IMG/VR virus record: IMGVR_UViG_3300022542_000881 | Location: 1 to 62,384 of that record | Source: a virus | Reading direction: 5' to 3' (one strand) | Length of the DNA: 62,384 nt | Made by a program: the position numbers and the translations under genes | Notes under the pieces: model-generated | Database searches by the model: none | Told to the model about the DNA's origin: nothing | What the model saw: only the letters and a program-made list of their open reading frames with translations | Part shown: positions 1 through 7,064 of the stretch, piece by piece | How the letters are laid out: each line of letters opens with the position of its first letter | Numbering within the stretch: position 1 is the first letter of the stretch

Positions 1-141
1 AGTTCTTTTTCAAAATTCATGTTAAGAAACTCTATTCCTTACAAGGACCATTATACCGCAAGGAAAATACTAATCTTATCAGGTGCACCATCAGAAGTGG
101 TATCTAAGCCATATATCTGACGTTCAAGGGCAATGGTCCTA
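1..141. repeat. Terminal redundancy, copy 1 (identical to 62244-62384); assembly overlap of a circular or permuted genome
   Basis: Read directly: bases 1-141 are the same string as 62244-62384. The repeat contains the terL start codon (20 / 62263) and the terS 3' end (51-141 / 62294-62384). Confidence 0.9.
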
Positions 142-479
142 GTTAATATAGTACTAATTTTCTCAAGCACTTTAGTTCGTTCTGCTATCCCATCCTGAAA
201 CTGTAATTGTTTCATAAGAATTACAGTAAGTTCCCGGATTACAGATAATTGCTGTTTATGATTTTTATTGACACTTGTGGAAGTTTCTACCTCTCTAGGT
301 TTAACATCTGCCCAAGGAGATCCTCTATCCTCCCATTTCTCTTCTTTAGCGGCAAGTAGAATAGCAGATAGAGGTATGTTATTATCAGCGGCGGCTTGTC
401 CTAAAGAACCAACACCCGTTGACCATACCTCTTTTATAATTTCCCACTGAACTTCTGGGTGTTTTTCTACTATAGACAT
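51..479 (-). CDS. terS: Terminase small subunit (candidate)
   Basis: 142 aa. After circularisation it lies immediately upstream of terL on the same strand. It is the first gene behind the minus-strand promoter at 617-646. Helix-turn-helix-like N-terminus and helical C-terminus. Confidence 0.5.
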   Translation of the reverse strand: MSIVEKHPEVQWEIIKEVWSTGVGSLGQAAADNNIPLSAILLAAKEEKWEDRGSPWADVKPREVETSTSVNKNHKQQLSVIRELTVILMKQLQFQDGIAERTKVLEKISTILTRTIALERQIYGLDTTSDGAPDKISIFLAV

Positions 480-616
480 ATCATACCATCGTAAAGACTA
501 TTAGTGATTCTTATAAATCAATCACATCACCGTAAAGATTTGGACGGGGCGACCCCAATGGAACTAAACAATGCCAGGAGAAGTTGTCAAAGGGATCACG
601 CCCCTGTTTAGCTTTT

Positions 617-646
617 ATTATAACACATGAAACTAGTCGTTGTCAA
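617..646 (-). promoter_or_regulatory. Sigma70-type promoter for the packaging/structural arm
   Basis: Minus strand reads TTGACA (646-641), an 18-nt spacer ending TGTGT, then TATAAT (622-617). It has the same extended -10 (TGTGTTATAAT) as the plus-strand promoters. Confidence 0.6.
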
Positions 647-669
647 GTTTTTTACTACAAACGTAAAAT
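640..669 (+). promoter_or_regulatory. Possible divergent plus-strand promoter overlapping the minus-strand -35
   Basis: TTGTCA (640-645), 18-nt spacer, TAAAAT (664-669). Weaker match than the others. Confidence 0.3.
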
Positions 670-784
670 CTGTTTATCAAGTGAACTCGTTGCCGATGGC
701 AAATTTTTAAAGGAAGCGCACGCGTGAGACAAAGGCGAATGTGAAATATGTGAATGGACTACGGACATAAGCTATCGGTAGAGC

Positions 785-850
785 GACAAGCGTAATATAA
801 TAACTGTAATATGGCAAGTAGAATATGACAAGCAGAATATGATAACTGTA
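785..850. repeat. Iteron-like direct repeats
   Basis: The 14-nt unit GRCAAGYRKAATAT occurs at 785-798, 813-826 and 827-840. A larger 24-nt unit GACAAGCRKAATATRATAACTGTA occurs at 785-808 and 827-850 (21/24 identical). Confidence 0.6.
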
Positions 851-1095
851 GTTGATTATGAACGAGTGAGCATTCGAAATCGGAAACGGGAGGATTTATA
901 ATAGAAACCCGGCCACCTGATGCGCGCATGCGGCGCGCAGATATACACCAGTGCACGCAAAGGGGGGGCAAAAAGGGCGGCTCTCGCCCGAAAAGGAGTT
1001 CGACGTCCGTGCGACAGAAACGGGCAAAACGAAGCCAACAACAGCCCGCTTTGGGCAACCACAAAACGCCGCCAACAACGGCAGGAGGACACACC

Positions 1096-1563
1096 ATGGA
1101 AACAACAGCAACAACAACCACCACAGTCGAGAACGCAACACAGATCCACACGCTCACTTGCAACGTCTGCGGTCAGAAAGTCGTCGTCCCAACGGGAGCG
1201 AAGAACGTGACGTGTTCGTGTTGTCACCAGACGCTTGAAGTCAGGCTGTTCCCGAAACTGGAACAGTACGTCCGAGGTTTGGGCGTGACCGAAGGTGGGA
1301 ACGACACGTTGGACATTGACGACCAAGTGGCGATTTTCCTGAGAGGCGCAAGCGTTGAAGATTGCTACGGGCTTGTGACGGAAGCGTTGAAGAAACTTCC
1401 AGTGAACAGGTGGTTTGGACGCAAGATGAAGAGGGATTTTGAAAGGTTCACTGGTGGTTTGGACGTGTTCTTTCATGCCAAATACGAACACCTGAACGTG
1501 GGCATGCAAAGAATGAACCTTGGAAACGTCCTGCGTGGTGCTTACAAACGTACAGCAAAATAA
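1096..1563 (+). CDS. Zinc-ribbon protein, paralog A (GC-rich copy) of the 3208-3918 product
   Basis: The ATG at 1096 is preceded by GGAGGACACACC, the genome-typical SD. It has CxxC...CxxC and a C-terminal HLNVGMQRMNLGNVLRG. The whole C-terminal ~130 aa aligns with 3208-3918. Confidence 0.7.
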   Translation: METTATTTTTVENATQIHTLTCNVCGQKVVVPTGAKNVTCSCCHQTLEVRLFPKLEQYVRGLGVTEGGNDTLDIDDQVAIFLRGASVEDCYGLVTEALKKLPVNRWFGRKMKRDFERFTGGLDVFFHAKYEHLNVGMQRMNLGNVLRGAYKRTAK

Positions 1564-1609
1564 GAACGCAGAAAATCGAATGGGGGCTTCGGCCCCCAAG
1601 GAGAAAATC

Positions 1610-1750
1610 ATGTACAAATTTGCACAGACCGTGACAACACAAGCAGAAAAATACGACGAGCACGTGAAATCGGAAATCGTCAAGGGTGTCTTGATCGCCG
1701 CCGTGGTGATTTTAATTTTTGCAATCGGCTACGAATTCGGGAGAATGTAG
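1610..1750 (+). CDS. Small membrane protein
   Basis: 46 aa. SD AAGGAG lies upstream. One hydrophobic helix (VLIAAVVILIFAIGY). Confidence 0.5.
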   Translation: MYKFAQTVTTQAEKYDEHVKSEIVKGVLIAAVVILIFAIGYEFGRM

Positions 1751-1751
1751 A

Positions 1752-1847
1752 ATGACGTCAAGAGAAATAACGAAATTGGTTTGGCAACTTAAAGAAATGG
1801 GTTTTACAAACTCAGAAATCCACTACATCATAAAAGGAGAGCTATGA
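1752..1847 (+). CDS. Hypothetical small protein
   Basis: 31 aa (MTSREITKLVWQLKEMGF...). Tightly packed, with a stop/start overlap with the next ORF (ATGA at 1844-1847). Confidence 0.4.
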   Translation: MTSREITKLVWQLKEMGFTNSEIHYIIKGEL

Positions 1848-1996
1848 ACAAAAAAGAAATCATGGAAAGAATCATACAAGCAACTTGGGAAATGTACCAC
1901 GAAGGTGGAAAAGAAATATTGATGTGTGAAGATGCAACGGACGAAGAAATAAACGCCGCCTTTAAAGAATTAGAAAAAATAACAGGAGAATTGTAA
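1844..1996 (+). CDS. Hypothetical small protein
   Basis: 50 aa. SD AAAGGAGAG upstream. Ends TAA directly abutting the next ATG at 1997. Confidence 0.5.
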   Translation: MNKKEIMERIIQATWEMYHEGGKEILMCEDATDEEINAAFKELEKITGEL

Positions 1997-2287
1997 ATGT
2001 TAGCAATAACAACGTACTGTAGCAAAGATGATGGGATGTTGTTTATCTCAGAAAAGGAAACCCTTAAAGAAGTTCTTGAGGATTTACTCAACGAACTCAA
2101 CAGAACAGAACCATGGTGTAAATTGGTGTGGATCGACAAAGACGAATCCGACAGTGGAGAAGAGGGTCCAGCCATCGTTTCTATGGGTTGGACTCCTGAT
2201 TGTCATAGTGGTACAAAGTGGGTACACTGGATTCAATGGAGCTTTGTTAATTCAAAAGGATGGGCACAAGATGCCGTACAATGGTAA
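1997..2287 (+). CDS. Hypothetical protein, paralog of 6396-6671
   Basis: 96 aa. It shares the N-terminus (C.K.DGML.IS) and C-terminus (W..W......GWAQDAVQW versus GFAQGAVQW) with 6396-6671. Confidence 0.7.
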   Translation: MLAITTYCSKDDGMLFISEKETLKEVLEDLLNELNRTEPWCKLVWIDKDESDSGEEGPAIVSMGWTPDCHSGTKWVHWIQWSFVNSKGWAQDAVQW

Positions 2288-2298
2288 GGAGAAAAAGA

Positions 2299-2544
2299 AT
2301 GAATAAGACACTTTACGTTCTCTCTGCAGAGAGACCACAATGGTATGACAGAGGATCTTGGTTTACTCACAAGGTTGTAGCCATAAGCCATAATAAAGAG
2401 TCGTTGAAGGAGATCGCAACCAACGATGCATTTAAAATAGATGACCCGCTTGAGGAATGGGAAGACGATGGCGAAGTTTGTTATACCTGCTCTGATTCTG
2501 GGGAAAACAAGTGGGTTATCACAAAAATAGGAGAAAAAGAATGA
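2299..2544 (+). CDS. Hypothetical protein
   Basis: 81 aa from the ATG behind AAGGAGAAAAAGA. The track ORF 2260-2544 has been trimmed to the SD-supported start. Confidence 0.55.
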   Translation: MNKTLYVLSAERPQWYDRGSWFTHKVVAISHNKESLKEIATNDAFKIDDPLEEWEDDGEVCYTCSDSGENKWVITKIGEKE

Positions 2545-2864
2545 ATAACGACAATTATGTAAAAGTGTTTCGTGCAATGCTGGAAGTCCATCTTGAAGAA
2601 TCAATAAAGTTGGGCAATACCGACAAGAGATTTGCAGATCCTGAATATCAGCTAAAAAGGTTTTTGGCCTTTGGTGATGTAAAATGGATGCATGAGCTTA
2701 TGTTAAAGGACCTCATAGAAATGGCATTATGTGGTGATTTTCCTGATTTTTCTGGAGATATGACAGAAGAAGATATAAATAATCACATAGTCAGCTCAAA
2801 TTTTGAATGGGACCTTGAAGATATTCATAAATCTCTTCATGAATACTTTGGAATACCTTTATAA
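2541..2864 (+). CDS. Hypothetical protein
   Basis: 107 aa. ATGA overlap with the upstream stop. SD AGGAGAAAAAGA. Confidence 0.6.
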   Translation: MNNDNYVKVFRAMLEVHLEESIKLGNTDKRFADPEYQLKRFLAFGDVKWMHELMLKDLIEMALCGDFPDFSGDMTEEDINNHIVSSNFEWDLEDIHKSLHEYFGIPL

Positions 2865-2878
2865 AACAGGAGGAAACA

Positions 2879-3067
2879 TTGAAAAAGTTAAAAGAAAAAT
2901 ATATTAAGTTCTTGAATGAATTGATGGAGAACAGTGAAATTGAAATACCACCTGGGATCCCCAAATTAAAGGAAAAATTTGGATTAAATTGGGACGAAGC
3001 TACTGAAATCTATCTCCAATTTTTGTGGTCAAAAGGATATAGACCACATAACGATTCACATCGCTAA
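2879..3067 (+). CDS. Hypothetical protein (TTG start)
   Basis: 62 aa. AGGAGGAAACA followed by TTG. Confidence 0.55.
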   Translation: MKKLKEKYIKFLNELMENSEIEIPPGIPKLKEKFGLNWDEATEIYLQFLWSKGYRPHNDSHR

Positions 3068-3103
3068 TTATAAAACAGGATGAGCCTCTTTATATAACGA
3101 TAC

Positions 3104-3132
3104 TTGACAGGAGGCTCTCCCTGTGTTATAAT
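3104..3132 (+). promoter_or_regulatory. Sigma70-type early promoter P1
   Basis: TTGACA (3104-3109), 17-nt spacer ending TGTGT, TATAAT (3127-3132), followed by GTAGGTA and a GC-rich hairpin leader. Confidence 0.7.
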
Positions 3133-3207
3133 GTAGGTAAGAGGGCGGTGTGCGCTCTCTTCCTTTAACCGGGCGACGGCCCTAAATTAAGGTCCAAGGA
3201 GGACACA

Positions 3208-3918
3208 ATGGATTCAAAATATGTAGCAGAAAATCTTGACAAAATGGTTGAGATCGACGACAACGGCCAGGGACAAATCATCGGCTATCTCAAAGGGTGG
3301 GTAGAGGTTGAATTGCCAGATGGCGAAATCAAAAAGTATAGGGCAAAGCAGTTGACACTTTTACCCGACCAAGAAAAACCCGATACAGGATTGAAGGAGG
3401 GTGAGAATGTCCCTTTCGACAACTCCTTGTCAGAACCTGGGGAATCTTTTGAGGTCCAATGCCCCGTTTGTGAAAACACTTGGCATACGGTAAAGCAGGA
3501 GAATTACAAATGTAAGAAATGCTATCACATGTTCAGGGTCAGGCTTCATCCTAACAAAGACAATTATATCATTGGGCTTTCGACCACGGAATCAGGACGT
3601 GACACAATGGATATCAATGATGATGTTGCTGGTCATTTGAGAGGCCTCCCGGTGGAAGACGTCTACGATAAAGTATCTCTTGAACTTTGTGAAATGGACC
3701 AGAAACATTGGTTTAGCAAAGCGAATGCAAAGGCCTGGAAGGATTTCGATAAAAAGGACGAAAGGGACGATTGCTATGAGAAGCTTTTGACGTTCCTTTG
3801 GAAGAAGTATTCGCACTTAAATCTCGGAATGCAGAGAATGAACCTCGGAAACCTGCTCAGGGGTGCGATAAATAGGAGTGGCGATACTTCAAAAGACGAG
3901 GAGGCTGACAAAGAGTAG
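3208..3918 (+). CDS. Zinc-ribbon protein, paralog B (AT-rich copy) of 1096-1563
   Basis: 236 aa. SD AAGGAGGACACA. It has CPVC...CKKC and HLNLGMQRMNLGNLLRG. It carries an extra ~80-aa N-terminal domain absent from paralog A. Confidence 0.8.
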   Translation: MDSKYVAENLDKMVEIDDNGQGQIIGYLKGWVEVELPDGEIKKYRAKQLTLLPDQEKPDTGLKEGENVPFDNSLSEPGESFEVQCPVCENTWHTVKQENYKCKKCYHMFRVRLHPNKDNYIIGLSTTESGRDTMDINDDVAGHLRGLPVEDVYDKVSLELCEMDQKHWFSKANAKAWKDFDKKDERDDCYEKLLTFLWKKYSHLNLGMQRMNLGNLLRGAINRSGDTSKDEEADKE

Positions 3919-4465
3919 ATTGTGAAGGACGTGAATAGACCACGGCGGCCATGGATGAATCAGGCGTAAGAGGAATCTGTGGCCGTGCATGCTTGTTGCA
4001 AACGTTCGTGTAGTTTATGAATGGGTTGTGATAGGCGTGTGCTTCACTGAGTCTGTTAGGTGCGTATAGAACCCCACGATGCATGACCCCTTCACGGAGT
4101 TACGGAATCCACTATAGGAACGTGGACTAGAGCGAGTGGCTTTGTAACATCAAGCCACTCTATCTGGTCTGAGGCTCTTTAAGACACTTTATCTTCCCCC
4201 GGACGCCGGGGAATAAAAAAGAAAGGAACCTACAGAAAGAATGAGAGAGAATCGATGATCATCACTTCTTAGTGTAAGTGTTGTCATCATATAATGGATT
4301 GTGAAGCCTGTGGTAGTGTGTAAACCCCCTATAATGAAAACTCGGCAATATCCACAGGGTCGCCCCCTGGAACACGGCCATCACATCGACAACAATCCAC
4401 TAAGGAGCCTAGCTCTACAAACTTATAACAATGGACCACCAATCACCTCAAAGGAGGGCACAATA

Positions 4466-4792
4466 GTGAAGACATTTTTAAAGCTAAAGATCAGGCGGAG
4501 TATTTTAATTTACCTCAACAACATGGATGAATGGGAAGAACCCCGATACGGTTGGAGTGCCAGTATTCATTCGGATTTTATCAGTTGTATAAATCTTTTG
4601 ATCACTGACATTCATATACATTGCATTGTATTTGATATCGATATTGAAAGTTTTGGGTTAGGCGCATCGCCTATAAAAGTTGATCTCCACCACAGCGGCG
4701 GAATCAAAACATTTAAAGTACTTGCCAATATCGGGATTGAAGACAACCATTATACCGAGATTTGGGCAGTACACGAAGATCGATTATCTTAA
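4466..4792 (+). CDS. Hypothetical protein (GTG start)
   Basis: 108 aa from a GTG behind AAAGGAGGGCACAATA. The longer track ORF (4301) has no SD and runs into a structured non-coding region. Confidence 0.5.
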   Translation: MKTFLKLKIRRSILIYLNNMDEWEEPRYGWSASIHSDFISCINLLITDIHIHCIVFDIDIESFGLGASPIKVDLHHSGGIKTFKVLANIGIEDNHYTEIWAVHEDRLS

Positions 4793-4831
4793 TCACTAGT
4801 TGACTTGATCAACGAATTTAAGGAGGACACA

Positions 4832-5023
4832 ATGAAAATGCACAAACAACGAATTTCTGGTACTTTTAATGGAGATTCAAAAGCCGTGGATGAAAGACGT
4901 AAATTGGAGTTAGGAAAAGAAGATACAATGCTTCTTACTAAACAAGAAATGAAGACATTTAATAGATTTGGCTACATCTCATTAAGATGTCGGAAATGGA
5001 GATTCATCGCAGAATCATCCTAG
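4832..5023 (+). CDS. Hypothetical protein
   Basis: 63 aa. AAGGAGGACACA then ATG. Confidence 0.6.
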   Translation: MKMHKQRISGTFNGDSKAVDERRKLELGKEDTMLLTKQEMKTFNRFGYISLRCRKWRFIAESS

Positions 5024-5031
5024 GAGGACAC

Positions 5032-5244
5032 GTGACAATTTTATTAACAATCACTATGGAAGATTTGGAGTTATGTGATATTGCTACTATGCTAGATAAA
5101 CTGATGGGTAAAATATATAAAACCGCTATGATTCAGTATGGGAATTGGGTATGTGTCGTTTATCAAGGTGATCATATTCCTACATCAGATGAAATCTTAG
5201 ACTTTTATAAAAATCAATCATTTCTATTAGGAGAAACAATATGA
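5032..5244 (+). CDS. Hypothetical protein (GTG start)
   Basis: 70 aa. TAGGAGGACAC then GTG. Confidence 0.5.
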   Translation: MTILLTITMEDLELCDIATMLDKLMGKIYKTAMIQYGNWVCVVYQGDHIPTSDEILDFYKNQSFLLGETI

Positions 5245-5432
5245 AGTGCTTAAAGTGTGGTGGTATCCTTACTCTTAAAGTTTATTCTGATTTCGGGGTG
5301 GGGGAAGATGATGATGGTTTCACGTATATCTGGTCGGAATCAAGAGAAGTTACAACTGAGTGCAGTGAATGTGGCAAAGAGGCCACTGAGGAACAGCACC
5401 GACAAATTTTAAACGCCTATTATGATAAATAG
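5241..5432 (+). CDS. Zinc-ribbon protein
   Basis: 63 aa. CLKCGG...CSECG. ATGA overlap with the previous gene. Confidence 0.6.
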   Translation: MKCLKCGGILTLKVYSDFGVGEDDDGFTYIWSESREVTTECSECGKEATEEQHRQILNAYYDK

Positions 5433-5442
5433 GGAGGACGCA

Positions 5443-5787
5443 ATGGACGCAAAAATCAAAGAATTCCTTAAATGGAAGAATGATCTTGGATATGCCCACG
5501 AAGATGTAGACTTTGAGTTTATGTTAAAGAAGCTATTCAGGCTACCCCTCAAAATTTGCACCATCTCTTCAAGGATTGCAGATGAAAGAATAGATCACGT
5601 GATAGAAACCACATGGTCTATTACATGCCGCTCCCGTATGGAAGCATTATGGATCATAGAAGATAGCATATGGGAACAATACTGTGTGTTATGGGAAGAG
5701 AATTTAGAATACTTCGATGATTATGAGAATAGTGTTCCTGTCCCACCTTTCATGGGTTGGTGGATAGACGGTTTCAATCAGGATTGA
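5443..5787 (+). CDS. Hypothetical protein
   Basis: 114 aa from the ATG behind AGGGAGGACGCA. Confidence 0.6.
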   Translation: MDAKIKEFLKWKNDLGYAHEDVDFEFMLKKLFRLPLKICTISSRIADERIDHVIETTWSITCRSRMEALWIIEDSIWEQYCVLWEENLEYFDDYENSVPVPPFMGWWIDGFNQD

Positions 5788-5854
5788 GTCTTATATTCAG
5801 ATTGGGAAGGCATGGAATACGCTATAACAGAAACTGTCCTACAATAGGACCTAG

Positions 5855-5883
5855 TTGACTTGATTAACGGATTATCCTACAAT
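5855..5883 (+). promoter_or_regulatory. Possible sigma70-type promoter
   Basis: TTGACT (5855-5860), 17-nt spacer, TACAAT (5878-5883). The -35 region is part of a 22-nt repeat also present at 4796-4817. Confidence 0.4.
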
Positions 5884-5894
5884 AGGAGGATACA

Positions 5895-6050
5895 TTGACA
5901 AGAGAAGAAGTTGTGGAATGGTTAGGTGAACTAGAGAATATAACAATGGACCCTGACCCGGAGTTAGCAAACGTTATCTCTATCTTAAGTTCAGATTTAA
6001 CGGATGACCAAATTTATCAACTGGAACAGCACATCATAAACTTTACCTAA
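5895..6050 (+). CDS. Hypothetical small acidic protein (TTG start)
   Basis: 51 aa, below the ORF-track cutoff. ATAGGAGGATACA then TTG. Ends at the SD of the next gene. Confidence 0.45.
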   Translation: MTREEVVEWLGELENITMDPDPELANVISILSSDLTDDQIYQLEQHIINFT

Positions 6051-6060
6051 GGAGGACACA

Positions 6061-6354
6061 ATGTTCGAATTTCAACAACATAGAATTAAACCCTTTTATA
6101 TTCCCCCAAGAATGGAGGAAGATATTTTACGTTACATCAAAGAAGGTATTAAGCCGGGGGAATTTTTGGGTGCAGTGATCAAGAATGATCTTAAATCTGC
6201 CGTGTGGCATGCGGATGATGAAAATATGGGAAACCTTCCCGCATATGTGGCTTTCTTTTATAATTTTGCACCTGGGGGGTGTTGGGGTTCAAAGAAGAAT
6301 TATGAGGAATGGAAAGGTTTCCCAGAATTCAAAACCGATAAATTTGGGTGTTAA
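6061..6354 (+). CDS. Hypothetical protein
   Basis: 97 aa. AAGGAGGACACA then ATG. Confidence 0.65.
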   Translation: MFEFQQHRIKPFYIPPRMEEDILRYIKEGIKPGEFLGAVIKNDLKSAVWHADDENMGNLPAYVAFFYNFAPGGCWGSKKNYEEWKGFPEFKTDKFGC

Positions 6355-6395
6355 TATGGATTTTATTATCACATCTATGAACAGGAGGTAGTGGG

Positions 6396-6671
6396 ATGAT
6401 TATCATATCAACGCATTGTAAAAAGAGGGATGGGATGTTATACATTTCTCAACGTTTCGACGTAAAAATGGCTATGGTAGAAATGGTTGCCCATTTAAAC
6501 AAAGACCAAGAGCACGTAAAGTTGGACTTCGTGTTCAATGAGATAAATGGCAATAAACAGTGGGCCATCGTACCCTTGGATTTTACCCCGGATGACGTAA
6601 GGCTTGTTCAATGGATTGAATGGGATTACGTGGAAAATGAGGGCTTTGCTCAAGGAGCAGTTCAATGGTAA
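6396..6671 (+). CDS. Hypothetical protein, paralog of 1997-2287
   Basis: 91 aa. It aligns end to end with 1997-2287. Confidence 0.7.
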   Translation: MIIISTHCKKRDGMLYISQRFDVKMAMVEMVAHLNKDQEHVKLDFVFNEINGNKQWAIVPLDFTPDDVRLVQWIEWDYVENEGFAQGAVQW

Positions 6672-6677
6672 GGAATC

Positions 6678-7049
6678 TTGAAGAAAAATAAAAAAGGATA
6701 CAAAATGAATGAAGAATGGAAAATTGAGGGGACAAGAAAAATATTTGTTGCCTGGGTTAATTCTGATTTAACAGAGGGGAAAGGGTATCGAATTCCGCTT
6801 TTTATTTGTATGTCACGAACAACAGCAATCAGACTTGGGAAAGGAAGAAATGTTCTTTGGTCCGATGCCTTTATAGAAGAGGATAAGATCTTTAAAATAG
6901 GCGGAAAGTGGTATGGACCATGCCTTATTGAACACCCATCAAGGGAAGATATTGAAATAGATGAAATATCTAAAAGAAAGGAGGAAATAGTAGCAAAAGC
7001 AAAAAAAGCCGGTTTAACTGAGGATGATTTAAAGATCATAGCTTCATAA
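6678..7049 (+). CDS. Hypothetical protein
   Basis: 123 aa from the TTG at 6678. An alternative ATG at 6705 gives 114 aa. Confidence 0.55.
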   Translation: MKKNKKGYKMNEEWKIEGTRKIFVAWVNSDLTEGKGYRIPLFICMSRTTAIRLGKGRNVLWSDAFIEEDKIFKIGGKWYGPCLIEHPSREDIEIDEISKRKEEIVAKAKKAGLTEDDLKIIAS

Positions 7050-7064
7050 ATAAGAGGGTACAGA

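Noticed and set aside
928-1095. N-terminal extension of the zinc-ribbon paralog A (track start at 928)
   Set aside because: The extension is a basic, low-complexity string with no counterpart in paralog B. The genome-typical SD GGAGGACAC sits in front of the ATG at 1096.
759-1683. Long minus-strand ORFs (856-1683 at 275 aa, 759-1163, 896-1141) and alternative plus-frame ORFs (920-1210, 951-1238) in the GC-rich island
   Set aside because: They have no SD and low-complexity, Cys/Arg/Pro-rich translations. They overlap a plus-strand gene that has a clear paralog. Long open frames on all strands are expected by chance in GC-rich DNA, which is poor in stop codons.
4301-4465. N-terminal extension of ORF 4301-4792
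   Set aside because: There is no SD at 4301, and the extension lies in the hairpin-rich non-coding region. A GTG at 4466 has the consensus AAAGGAGGGCACAATA spacing.
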